Part shown: positions 38,524 to 47,778 of the stretch, one piece after another
How the letters are laid out: each line of letters begins with the position of its first letter
Position numbering within the stretch: position 1 is the first letter of the stretch
Sequence record: PX880103.1
Direction: 5' to 3' (one strand)
From: a phage
Length of the DNA stretch: 64,000 nt
Position numbers and translations under genes: made by a program
Notes under the pieces: model-generated
Database searches by the model: none
Seen by the model: only the letters and a program-made list of their open reading frames with translations
What the model was told of the DNA's origin: nothing

Positions 38524-38559
38524 GAATATACTATCACAATTTTAGGAGAAAGTAAACTG
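38524..38559 (-). promoter_or_regulatory. Early promoter
   Basis: Minus strand AACAGTTTACTTTCTCCTAAAATTGTGATAGTATATTC, directly after ipII stop. Confidence 0.55.
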
Positions 38560-38862
38560 TTATTTACCTTTAATTACTTTAGCTGCTTCGATAGCCGCTT
38601 GCTGAAGGTCATCCATAGACATACCGAATTTAGAAGCAAAGTTATCAATTTTCTTTTCGACAGCATTCAAAGGCTTGGCCTGTTTACCTTCATTAGCGCC
38701 AGGAAGAGCGAGAATACGCTCTTTGTCAATATAAAGGCTTACAAGTTTCTTACGGTCTTTATCGGACAAATCATGAAATGAATGGGCCTTTTTATTTATA
38801 GCGGCTTCTAATTTACCTGCACTCACTCGCGCTTCAGTAATAAATTCTTGATATGTTTTCAT
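38560..38862 (-). CDS. ipII: Internal protein (IPII-like) with capsid-targeting leader
   Basis: Starts MKTYQEFITEA (cleavable capsid targeting sequence); 100 aa; position downstream of ipIII. Confidence 0.6.
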   Translation of the reverse strand: MKTYQEFITEARVSAGKLEAAINKKAHSFHDLSDKDRKKLVSLYIDKERILALPGANEGKQAKPLNAVEKKIDNFASKFGMSMDDLQQAAIEAAKVIKGK

Positions 38863-38903
38863 ATGTTTCCTTTAAATGTAAATAGGCCTAAGTATCGGCC
38901 TTA

Positions 38904-39482
38904 TTAATTACCACGGGCTGCATTAGCAACGGCATAAGCGTACTGAACATTAGCGTCCTTAAACGTACCTTTAGAGGTATCTATTTCTGCCTTAAAGCCG
39001 CCTTTAGCCATAACATCGGCAAATTCTTTACGGAAAGCCATTGCATCAAGACCTTTCCATGATGATTTGTGCTTGGCGAATTCAAGACCAGCGTAGTTGA
39101 CAGCCTTAGCTAATTTATTATCAATGACCCATTTACCGGCTTTAGGCACAAACTTCGGACCTTTTTGTTTAGAGAACAGTTTTAAATTCCAGCGACGAAG
39201 ATCACTGTCGGCTTTAACAAAAGCTGCGTCTAAGTTACTAGCAACAACATCTTCAATATGAGCAAATTTAAGTCCGTCAACTTCAATATTTAAATCGGTA
39301 CGCCAGCGAAGTCCTTCCCAAGCGAAAGCTTTAAAATCGGAAGCTTTTGTAGCTAAGTATCGTTCAATAGGGGCTGTTTTAGGGTCAAAGCCGTTTCCAC
39401 CACGATAGTTCCACTCATCTTTATTAATGCCTTTGGCCTTTACTACAGAAGCTTCAGCGATAAATTCTTTATACGTTTTCAT
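38904..39482 (-). CDS. ipIII: Internal protein (IPIII-like) with capsid-targeting leader
   Basis: Starts MKTYKEFIAEA; 192 aa. Confidence 0.6.
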   Translation of the reverse strand: MKTYKEFIAEASVVKAKGINKDEWNYRGGNGFDPKTAPIERYLATKASDFKAFAWEGLRWRTDLNIEVDGLKFAHIEDVVASNLDAAFVKADSDLRRWNLKLFSKQKGPKFVPKAGKWVIDNKLAKAVNYAGLEFAKHKSSWKGLDAMAFRKEFADVMAKGGFKAEIDTSKGTFKDANVQYAYAVANAARGN

Positions 39483-39498
39483 GTGTTTCCTTTAATTT

Positions 39499-39816
39499 TT
39501 ATTCTTTAGGGAAGTTTTTAGAATATGCATCATAAAGCTTATTTCCAATACGGCGGAAAACTCTAGCCGCAAAACGATTTTCTGGGTTTTTAATCATGAT
39601 TTGCATCATATAAGTACCCGCGTCAGAAAGAGCTTCTTCATAGTACCCGTTAATTTCTTTAAGAGTCCTACGTTTACCACCAGGACCATCAACAGTGATT
39701 TTCCATTTACCCGTAGAAGTGCGACTTGGCGGCTCAACTTGTTCAATCCAGATATAACCGCCTTCTACACGTTGTCCTGCAGCAGATTCTGCAATAAATT
39801 CTTGATATGTTTTCAT
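39499..39816 (-). CDS. Additional internal protein with capsid-targeting leader
   Basis: Starts MKTYQEFIAES; 105 aa; lies between e and ipIII. Confidence 0.55.
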   Translation of the reverse strand: MKTYQEFIAESAAGQRVEGGYIWIEQVEPPSRTSTGKWKITVDGPGGKRRTLKEINGYYEEALSDAGTYMMQIMIKNPENRFAARVFRRIGNKLYDAYSKNFPKE

Positions 39817-39866
39817 GTGTTTCCTTTAAATATTTTAATTAGTAATTTATCTATTCAAGTAACTGT

Positions 39867-39902
39867 GAATATACTATCACAATTCCAAGAGAAAGTAAAC
39901 AG
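39867..39902 (-). promoter_or_regulatory. Early promoter
   Basis: Near-identical to the 38524..38559 copy; upstream of the extra ip gene. Confidence 0.55.
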
Positions 39903-39904
39903 CT

Positions 39905-40873
<969 letters not shown>

Positions 40874-40892
<19 letters not shown>

Positions 40893-41236
40893 TCACTCAC
40901 AAACTCTTTCATTGACTCATTTTCAATATAAGACATGTAGCTATTATATTCCTTTAATTGTATTTTGTAATCCTTTTTTCTTTGCCAATTTATTTTAAAA
41001 TTATCATAATGAAAATATAAAATGATACCAAAGAATGAAAACAATGAAATAATTTTAGTATAACAAAGCTCACTCCAAACTTCTGTTATATTTACTGTGC
41101 CGTCGATGTTTAAAATAAGACAGTCAATTAACAATCCAAAAAGACTACCCGCAAGAGCTGCAGCCAACGCCACAGCAAAAATTAAAAATGACTCAGGAAA
41201 CGAATATTTGACTTTATTTAGTTTTGGCTTTTGCAT
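40874..41236 (-). CDS. Membrane protein
   Basis: 120 aa with two hydrophobic helices. Confidence 0.4.
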
Positions 41237-41631
41237 CGTGATTCCTTAACAAATTTCATAATTTCATCAAATTCATACGCAGCAAGTTTAAGCTGATGTT
41301 CCTTTTTAATCTTTTTACACTGTGCTTTCCAATCACATACGCGTTTACGATAATGTCTTCCTTGATACCAGTATCCTACCCAATTTACGGGTACTAATAA
41401 AAGTGGAACTATTAATGGAAGAATTAGCATTAACACAAGTATTTCGCCAGAATCAATATCAGTCATAACATCTAAAACACCTCCAATAATCAATAGAATT
41501 ACAAATGATATAAGTATAACAGGACCTATTAATACATCAGTAGAAATTATCTGACGCTTTAATTCATACTTCAACGGTTTACTTGGAAGGTATAGTGATG
41601 GTTTTGACATATTCTCTACATTCCTTAACAA
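41218..41631 (-). CDS. Membrane protein
   Basis: 137 aa with two hydrophobic helices. Confidence 0.4.
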   Translation of the reverse strand: MLRNVENMSKPSLYLPSKPLKYELKRQIISTDVLIGPVILISFVILLIIGGVLDVMTDIDSGEILVLMLILPLIVPLLLVPVNWVGYWYQGRHYRKRVCDWKAQCKKIKKEHQLKLAAYEFDEIMKFVKESRCKSQN

Positions 41632-42187
41632 ATTTTTCTAGTAATAAATCACTTTCAAAATTAGGATTTTCCACTAATTTATCAAAAAGATCATCAACAA
41701 TATTCAAGATATTTCTTTTACTAAGAATACGTTTATTTTCATGCTTCGTTTCAGAATCAACTATAAGAGTAAAGAAATATTTCTTTCCCTGAAATTTTAC
41801 TGTAGTATCAATATAGAATAAATTTGACTTTTGTAAATTACGTTTAAACCATGCGTCACTTAAACTATAAACACCGAGATAATCAAAATCGTCGTTTAAA
41901 TAACATACTGTCCATTCAGGAGAAATGAAATCAGTAAATTCAACATCAAAATCACATGTCAATGAATAAATTGATTCAATACTGTTAATAAGTATTCCAG
42001 GACGTATTAAAGACTTTTTACCTCTGGAAAATCTTCCAGAAAGACTTTCATCAGTTTCATATGAAGAACCCCAATAATAATTACGTCCTTCTGCCATACG
42101 TTTAAGAGCATTTAATAATTGGTCTGGAACATCAACCTGTCTTTGGAACTCTTCAAACATTGAATTGAAATCACTTTGCATTTTCAT
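41579..42187 (-). CDS. Hypothetical protein
   Basis: 202 aa ORF. Confidence 0.45.
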   Translation of the reverse strand: MKMQSDFNSMFEEFQRQVDVPDQLLNALKRMAEGRNYYWGSSYETDESLSGRFSRGKKSLIRPGILINSIESIYSLTCDFDVEFTDFISPEWTVCYLNDDFDYLGVYSLSDAWFKRNLQKSNLFYIDTTVKFQGKKYFFTLIVDSETKHENKRILSKRNILNIVDDLFDKLVENPNFESDLLLEKFVKECREYVKTITIPSK

Positions 42188-42207
42188 TCCTATTTACTCC
42201 AAGTAAT

Positions 42208-42223
42208 AGGGGCCGAAGCCCCT
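42208..42223 (-). other. UUCG-tetraloop hairpin after the coiled-coil gene
   Basis: Minus strand AGGGGCUUCGGCCCCU. Confidence 0.4.
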
Positions 42224-42228
42224 TATCA

Positions 42229-42822
42229 TTATTTCAGAGAATTAATGTATTCCTGAACATCGGCAGAGGTAGTTTCAACCCCAGAAATATTACCATTAAA
42301 GGTTTCAACTCGAGCAAGAGTATCTTCAATATCAACCTTAGTCAGCGCTGCAATTTCAACTACATCATCGGCAGTACTAATTCCAAGGGCATTTGCTGCA
42401 CGAGTTTCACGGATATATTCCAATTTAACTGCAAGTTCTTGGCGAGCATCATCTAACTCAACTACTTTCTTAGCGATTTCAATTCGCATTTCAGCATACC
42501 CATCAGCTTTAGTAGTCAGCTGTTCAGCTGTTCGACGATATAGCAAACCGAGTTTAGCATGCATTGTTACATCTTGACCTTCGGAAAGAAGCTTGCGAAT
42601 TTCACGCTCTTTTGATTCGGCCTGTTTATTCTTTTCAATAACAAGTTCACGAATACGTTTTTCTTCATTAATAGATTTAATAGAAGCAGTTTTTAGATCT
42701 TTAATTTTATCAAGTAGTTTTGCTGCCGCAGCAGTATACTGTTCTTCAACAGATAGATTTTTAGCCATAGCAGAACCGAGTTTAGTGCGAATAAACTCAA
42801 CAATTTTCTTCAGTGTGTTCAT
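42229..42822 (-). CDS. Coiled-coil protein
   Basis: 197 aa, largely helical heptad-like sequence. Confidence 0.45.
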   Translation of the reverse strand: MNTLKKIVEFIRTKLGSAMAKNLSVEEQYTAAAAKLLDKIKDLKTASIKSINEEKRIRELVIEKNKQAESKEREIRKLLSEGQDVTMHAKLGLLYRRTAEQLTTKADGYAEMRIEIAKKVVELDDARQELAVKLEYIRETRAANALGISTADDVVEIAALTKVDIEDTLARVETFNGNISGVETTSADVQEYINSLK

Positions 42823-43110
42823 AGTATTTCCTTAGGTTAATTAAGATTTAAAATCCATGAGAGTATTATACTCCGGATAGTTTGTAAACTATTTCAACAT
42901 CGCCTTTTGCTGCTTTATAACCTTCAGCCCAAGATACAACCGAGTTTTTATCTGAAGATTCAAATTCTGGCATTGGGCTTTCTCCAATGTTCACGCAGTA
43001 TGTTTCTTCATTTTCGTCGAACCAAATAATTAAAGTAGTCATTTATTTCTCCGTTTCTGTATTTGTTTTGATAAGTCTATAATAACACCGTCCTTGGTGT
43101 TTGTACACAA

Positions 43111-43386
43111 TTATTTCATATTATTGAAATATTCTTCTGCGATTTCGTCATTATCATGGTAAACTTTAGAAGACAGTTTAACATAACCTTCTGCCGTGAA
43201 CATATTAATCACAACCTTTACAGTATACCACTGACCATCTTCATTACCCATTACTGCGTAAGTTTCAAACATCGGATGGTCAGGACCGATAACTTTAATA
43301 TCATTCACTGTACGACCAAAATCTTCTGAAACGCATTTCATAAAGAAGTTGAACAGTTCGCCGTAATTATCCATTTTATTCTCCAA
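43111..43386 (-). CDS. Hypothetical protein
   Basis: 91 aa ORF downstream of an early promoter. Confidence 0.45.
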   Translation of the reverse strand: MENKMDNYGELFNFFMKCVSEDFGRTVNDIKVIGPDHPMFETYAVMGNEDGQWYTVKVVINMFTAEGYVKLSSKVYHDNDEIAEEYFNNMK

Positions 43387-43408
43387 GTTGTTTTCTGTAT
43401 CAGTAGTT

Positions 43409-43449
43409 GATAGTTTTATAGTACCATGGAAGAACAGGGATGTAAACAG
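43409..43449 (-). promoter_or_regulatory. Early promoter
   Basis: Minus strand CTGTTTACATCCCTGTTCTTCCATGGTACTATAAAACT. Confidence 0.6.
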
Positions 43450-43567
43450 TTTTGTGAAAAATTTTTAGGGAATTCTAGGGGCAGGGAGGGGCAATTAAAA
43501 GATAGGATAATATATTATAAAGGGTATAAACTAAATGATGCCTAGAGAGGTCTGGAAAGGCCTAGAT

Positions 43568-43598
43568 ACCAAAAATCCCTATCATTTAGATAGGGATT
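43568..43598 (-). terminator. Rho-independent terminator after the leader-bearing gene 43604..44167
   Basis: Minus strand AAUCCCUAUCUAAAUGAUAGGGAUU then UUUUGG. Confidence 0.55.
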
Positions 43599-43603
43599 TA
43601 AAA

Positions 43604-44167
43604 TTATTTACCTAGTTTAGTTATTATAGCTTCGGCAGCAGCTTTTAGCTTAGATGCAGTGTTAATACGATTTTTAATTTCAGTATAAGCATCGCCAAGA
43701 ACATCAAGGCTATCAGAATAAACACTTACACTATTGCGTTCGCTATTTGAAATAGAACCTTTAGTTTTACGATCAAAATCAGTGTACACATCTTGAAGAT
43801 CGCGGGCTGCCTTCTTTGCATCATCTAACGCATCAAGAGCTTTATTCAAAGCATTGACATATTTTTTAGTATCAAACATATTCTTAGAAATTTTGACAGG
43901 TGCGCGTTCAGGAGTAGCTAAGGCAGATTTAGGAACCTGAGCGCCTGATGCTAATTTCTTAGAAATTTTGAAAAATGCTTTATTGAATTTATTTTCTTGA
44001 CTCATCGTAAAAGAACTATTATCAATGTTATACATTTCAATAGCTTTAGCTTTCCACTTAAGAAAATCGCCACGGTCTTTTGGGTCCAATTGGAAGAATA
44101 CTTTAGTAAGATCTGCTTCAGATGGTAATTTTGCTGCTTCGGTTAAAAATTCGGCATAGGTTTTCAT
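43604..44167 (-). CDS. Candidate internal protein with capsid-targeting-like leader
   Basis: Starts MKTYAEFLTEA, same leader pattern as the ip genes; 187 aa; followed by a terminator. Confidence 0.5.
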   Translation of the reverse strand: MKTYAEFLTEAAKLPSEADLTKVFFQLDPKDRGDFLKWKAKAIEMYNIDNSSFTMSQENKFNKAFFKISKKLASGAQVPKSALATPERAPVKISKNMFDTKKYVNALNKALDALDDAKKAARDLQDVYTDFDRKTKGSISNSERNSVSVYSDSLDVLGDAYTEIKNRINTASKLKAAAEAIITKLGK

Positions 44168-44249
44168 TTAAAATCCTTGAAATAATTTATCGGTTGGTTA
44201 TTAATTATTTATTACTTTGTTATTATCCGTAACAGCATTCTCTATGTGA

Positions 44250-44287
44250 TTCAAACTAAAAAGCCCCAACCTTTCGGTCGGGGCTAA
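44250..44287 (-). terminator. Rho-independent terminator closing the tRNA/stable-RNA cluster
   Basis: Minus strand AGCCCCGACCGAAAGGUUGGGGCU followed by UUUUU. Confidence 0.6.
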
Positions 44288-44290
44288 GCC

Positions 44291-44601
44291 TTGCGGCAAC
44301 CTTGTCGGGGTTCCACCTGCTAAGGCAAGTGTTTGTACGAAACGCCGGGATTCGAACCCGGTTATTAAGCAGTTGACGCTACTCAATATTTTTAAAAGGC
44401 CATATCTCGACCATATCCGAACGTTCCGTCAAAAACGCTACTCGGCTTACGGCAAAGATATTTCCTCGAATCGATAATTCTGTGCGCCGTTTCTGCTGTG
44501 ATGTAAGGGGACATTAACAGATCGTAAAGATTTGATAATGTCAGTCCTTACTCAGGGAACATCAGTCCGACGACTTACCGGTAGCGACCCGGTTTCTTGT
44601 T
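44291..44601 (-). ncRNA. Structured non-coding RNA region downstream of tRNA-Arg, with a tRNA-like 3' domain (possible small stable RNAs)
   Basis: No credible ORF; canonical T-arm CCGGGUUCGAAUCCCGG at 44345..44361 with a 7 bp acceptor-like pairing (44338..44344 with 44422..44428); D and anticodon arms could not be folded. Confidence 0.35.
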
Positions 44602-44677
44602 TGGTCGAGGCAGTAGGGATCGAACCTACGACCTAGGACTTAGAAGGTCCTTGCTCTTCCTTCTGAGCTATGCCTCG
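44602..44677 (-). tRNA. tRNA-Arg (anticodon UCU)
   Basis: Hand fold: 7 bp acceptor CGAGGCA/UGCCUCG, anticodon loop CUUCUAA, T-loop UUCGAUC, encoded CCA; 76 nt. Confidence 0.85.
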
Positions 44678-44681
44678 GATT

Positions 44682-44756
44682 TGGCGGACGTGATAGGATT
44701 CGAACCTATAACCAATCGCTTAACAGGCGATCGCTCTGCCATTGAGCTACACATCC
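44682..44756 (-). tRNA. tRNA-Asn (anticodon GUU)
   Basis: Hand fold: acceptor GGAUGUG/CACGUCC, anticodon stem AUCGC/GCGAU with loop CUGUUAA, T-loop UUCGAAU, encoded CCA; 75 nt. Confidence 0.75.
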
Positions 44757-44760
44757 AAAT

Positions 44761-44847
44761 TGGTGGGGAGTGATGGAGTCGAACCACCCGAGTCGCAATG
44801 ACAATGGATTTACAGTCCACACCGCTACCTCTACGGGATAACTCCCC
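44761..44847 (-). tRNA. tRNA-Tyr (anticodon GUA), class II with long variable arm
   Basis: Acceptor GGGGAGU/ACUCCCC, anticodon loop CUGUAAA, variable arm resembles bacterial tRNA-Tyr, encoded CCA; 87 nt. Confidence 0.75.
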
Positions 44848-44856
44848 AAATTAATT

Positions 44857-44931
44857 TGGTGGCCCTGGGTGGAATTGAACCACCATCTGGCGATTATGAG
44901 TCGCTTGCTTGAACCTTCCAGCTACAGGGCC
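44857..44931 (-). tRNA. tRNA with anticodon CAU (Met, or Ile if lysidine-modified)
   Basis: Acceptor GGCCCUG/CAGGGCC, anticodon loop CUCAUAA, T-loop UUCAAUU, encoded CCA; 75 nt. Confidence 0.8.
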
Positions 44932-44939
44932 AAATTTTC

Positions 44940-45425
44940 TTATTTTATGTAATATTTATTTAAAAACTTTCTAGCTTGAGTATGGCTAACATTTATAGCG
45001 TTTGCATAATTTTTAATAAAACCTCGTTCATCCATATTAAAATTTTCTAATATTTTTAATCGTCTAGTTATCTCATCTTGACTTAAGGTACTTGCATTAT
45101 TTTTAGAAATTTTTTCTAAGGACTGTGCCGAGTGTTTTCGACCATTAAAATTAAAATTTTTAGATTTTGGAGGAAATCTAGCATTTAATCTCGCATCTTT
45201 TGTATTTTGATTATTAGTTGCGCAATATATGTTATTTAATGAATATGGTCCTTTATCGCCGAAACGGCACATGCAGTATTCATGACCCTTTCTTCCACGC
45301 TTATCATAATTTCCCGTTGATTTCCACCAATGCAACCATTCATCAAAAGTTAAATTCCATTCAATGTTTCTACGTATAGCAGAATTCCGCTGAGAAATAT
45401 ATTTTGCATAATCTTCTTTCATCAC
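44940..45425 (-). CDS. Putative HNH-family homing endonuclease-like protein embedded in the tRNA cluster
   Basis: 161 aa; GHEYCMCRFGDKGPYSLNNIYCATNNQN cysteine/Asn-rich nuclease-like core plus C-terminal helix-turn-helix-like tail; free-standing between tRNA sub-clusters. Confidence 0.45.
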   Translation of the reverse strand: MMKEDYAKYISQRNSAIRRNIEWNLTFDEWLHWWKSTGNYDKRGRKGHEYCMCRFGDKGPYSLNNIYCATNNQNTKDARLNARFPPKSKNFNFNGRKHSAQSLEKISKNNASTLSQDEITRRLKILENFNMDERGFIKNYANAINVSHTQARKFLNKYYIK

Positions 45426-45469
45426 AAATTTCTCTACTTATTCAATACACTGAGCTAAATCAGCAAAAC

Positions 45470-45559
45470 TGGCGGAGGCGATAGGATTTGAACCTATGAG
45501 TCGCCGGAGCGACTGCCGGTTTTCAAGACCGGTGCATTAAACCACTCTGCCACGCCTCC
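45470..45559 (-). tRNA. tRNA-Ser (anticodon UGA), class II
   Basis: Acceptor GGAGGCG/CGCCUCC, anticodon stem CCGGU/ACCGG with loop CUUGAAA, long variable arm, encoded CCA; 90 nt. Confidence 0.85.
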
Positions 45560-45561
45560 AG

Positions 45562-45635
45562 TCTCCGTGGCAGGATTTGAACCTACGACATTCTGCTCCC
45601 AAAGCAGACGCTCTACCAAACTGAGCTACACGGAG
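45562..45635 (-). tRNA. tRNA-Pro (anticodon UGG), CCA not encoded
   Basis: Acceptor CUCCGUG/CACGGAG, anticodon stem UCUGC/GCAGA with loop UUUGGGA, T-loop UUCAAAU; 74 nt. Confidence 0.8.
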
Positions 45636-45645
45636 TAAATTAAAT

Positions 45646-45719
<74 letters not shown>

Positions 45720-45724
45720 AAATT

Positions 45725-45811
45725 TGGTGCGAGAAGTGGGACTCGAACCCACAAGGAAATCATTCCGCAGCATTTTAAGTGCTGTGCCTTTACCAATTTG
45801 ACCATTCTCGC
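45725..45811 (-). tRNA. tRNA-Leu (anticodon UAA), class II
   Basis: Sequence GCGAGAAUGGUCAAAUUGGUAAAGGCACAGCACUUAAAAUGCUG...CACUUCUCGCACCA; matches T4 tRNA-Leu as remembered; 87 nt. Confidence 0.85.
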
Positions 45812-45817
45812 GCTATA

Positions 45818-46450
45818 TTATTTATTACGTGAAAAAGACTGTTCTATCAATTCTGGACACTTTCGTTCTATCCATTTTCTAGCTTTTTGTGGGCTTATAC
45901 CTATTATTTTAGCAGCTTTACTAACCCATCCAAATTTAGAATAATCGATTTTAACTAATTCTTCGTAAATTTCATCAGTTAAAATCTTTTCATTAATATT
46001 TACCAGTAAATGATATAATTTATTATCATTAGCAATTTTAATGAATCTTTTATAGTTTCCGCCTTTACTTAAACCTAATGAAGTAATTGCAGATGATATA
46101 GTAGCCGAATTTAATAGCGCGTTTAAAATTTCTTCATCACTAACATTATAACGCTTTTTATTATTTTTAATATTTTTACCAGCAAAAGTATCAGTTTGCG
46201 AATGGCAGTTTGGACATAATAATCTTAAATTAGATTTAAGATGATTTTTGTTATTTCCATCAATATGGTCTAATTGCAGAACAATATGCTTATTTTGCCA
46301 TTTTGAAATTTTACAAATTGCACACTCATATGGAAAAATATTTTCTTTTATTATTTTGTCTTTCAGCTTTCCTGTACTAAAATTTGGATGTTTTCCTTCA
46401 AAAATTTCAGCTAATTTAGTATCCATAATATAATTCCCAATTATTAACAA
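45818..46450 (-). CDS. HNH homing endonuclease
   Basis: CAICK...LQLDHIDGNNKNHLKSNLRLLCPNCH: classic zinc-bound HNH motif; lies immediately upstream of tRNA-Leu. Confidence 0.6.
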   Translation of the reverse strand: MLIIGNYIMDTKLAEIFEGKHPNFSTGKLKDKIIKENIFPYECAICKISKWQNKHIVLQLDHIDGNNKNHLKSNLRLLCPNCHSQTDTFAGKNIKNNKKRYNVSDEEILNALLNSATISSAITSLGLSKGGNYKRFIKIANDNKLYHLLVNINEKILTDEIYEELVKIDYSKFGWVSKAAKIIGISPQKARKWIERKCPELIEQSFSRNK

Positions 46451-46536
46451 AGGCTCTCAAACAAGAACCCTTGATGATAGAGGGTATTAATCAGTGCGGT
46501 ATGAGTTAATAATAACAAATAATTCTTAAAGCATAT

Positions 46537-46824
46537 TTACCATTTATGATGATACGTATTTACGATACATTCAAAACCCAAAGGATTCTTGAAAATATCA
46601 TATTCAAGAGGACCTTTTTCTGTTTCAATAAAGAAATCAAAATTTACTGTATTAAATTTACGGTCTTCCTTCACTAATTTAACCTGAGAAGATGAACGGT
46701 CAATGTAAACCTTTTCAACTTCAAAACATGTTAAAATGCCATAATCATCAATCAAGGCTTTAGCTGCTTCTTGATCATATTTATATCCATTTTCAATGGA
46801 TGATACTTTAGCATAAAGAATCAT
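46537..46824 (-). CDS. Hypothetical protein
   Basis: 95 aa ORF. Confidence 0.4.
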   Translation of the reverse strand: MILYAKVSSIENGYKYDQEAAKALIDDYGILTCFEVEKVYIDRSSSQVKLVKEDRKFNTVNFDFFIETEKGPLEYDIFKNPLGFECIVNTYHHKW

Positions 46825-46826
46825 TA

Positions 46827-47237
46827 TCAGCCTCTATCAACAATAGCATGAGTATGGGCATTTACGATTTGCCACCAGTCGAAACGATTGGAACCATAAT
46901 CTGGTTTATTTTCATTTTCTTTAATGATATCACGCAGTTTATCTTCTGTTTCAGCATACGCAATTAAATCATCATATCCACCACAAGGATAATAATTATC
47001 ACCTGCGAATAAAAGAAAATTTACCTTAGATGGATTTACGTAATAATGGTCTTTAGGATATTTAGTTCCTCTCCAATCAGTTACTTCAACATAACGATAA
47101 GAAAATCCATTTTTACTTTCAATCCAACTCCACGCTTCAAAAGGAGTATTAAAAACTTTATCAGGTATTAAATTACCTTCAAAATGAGAAGGATTTGCAT
47201 AATCCCCGGCATAAACATAATATTCGTTAATACTCAT
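46827..47237 (-). CDS. Hypothetical protein
   Basis: 136 aa ORF, aromatic-rich. Confidence 0.45.
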   Translation of the reverse strand: MSINEYYVYAGDYANPSHFEGNLIPDKVFNTPFEAWSWIESKNGFSYRYVEVTDWRGTKYPKDHYYVNPSKVNFLLFAGDNYYPCGGYDDLIAYAETEDKLRDIIKENENKPDYGSNRFDWWQIVNAHTHAIVDRG

Positions 47238-47423
47238 TTATTCACCTTTAGAAATTTTATCCATAACGATAGCGATTAAACCAATTAAAAATGCTACTAC
47301 AAGTGAAAACACATTTTCTGCTGTAGTTAATAATCCGCATATAAATCCAACAAACATTGAAAAACTAAAAGCGGAAGCAGAAATTGCAATAGCAACATTT
47401 CGAATTAATTCACAGCGTTTCAT
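47238..47423 (-). CDS. Small membrane protein
   Basis: 61 aa, two hydrophobic helices; downstream of an early promoter. Confidence 0.35.
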   Translation of the reverse strand: MKRCELIRNVAIAISASAFSFSMFVGFICGLLTTAENVFSLVVAFLIGLIAIVMDKISKGE

Positions 47424-47448
47424 TTTATTCTCCTCAGTAGTTGATAGG

Positions 47449-47483
47449 GTAATAGTATCACAACTAAAACCCTATGTAAACAA
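47449..47483 (-). promoter_or_regulatory. Early promoter with inverted repeat flanking the -10
   Basis: -35 GTTTACA; -10 region GATACTATTA bracketed by ATAGGG...CCCTAT. Confidence 0.5.
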
Positions 47484-47493
47484 CTTTGTGAAA

Positions 47494-47751
47494 TTATTTT
47501 AAATCTTCTAATCGTTTCTTCATCTTAGAACCGTTCTTAGCGATTTCGCCTGCATCAGAGCATAATGCTAAAAGTGCTTTAACTTTAGTTTGGTCTCCTT
47601 TAAAAGATGAAGGATCAACAGCAGCAGCAAGTTCTTTAATACGAGAGAAAAGACGCTCAGCTTCAGCTAAAGCCATTCCAAGCTTTACTTCCATACCGTG
47701 GGAAGATTCAGTGATAGTAGTTTTTGTAGCAAACTCTTTGAAAGTTTTCAT
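47494..47751 (-). CDS. Small protein with capsid-targeting-like leader at the ipI locus
   Basis: Starts MKTFKEFATK; 85 aa; immediately upstream of 57B. Confidence 0.5.
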   Translation of the reverse strand: MKTFKEFATKTTITESSHGMEVKLGMALAEAERLFSRIKELAAAVDPSSFKGDQTKVKALLALCSDAGEIAKNGSKMKKRLEDLK

Positions 47752-47778
47752 TTTTATTTTCCTAATTAATTCTGATGA

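Noticed and set aside
42229-42822. Assigning the 197 aa coiled-coil protein to the PspA/IM30 family
   Set aside because: Only general coiled-coil character; no convincing motif-level match by eye.
44337-44428. Calling the 92 nt T-arm-bearing element a ninth, class II tRNA
   Set aside because: Acceptor and T-arm are canonical but I could not fold a D-arm or a 5 bp anticodon stem with a 7 nt loop; kept as a structured ncRNA instead.
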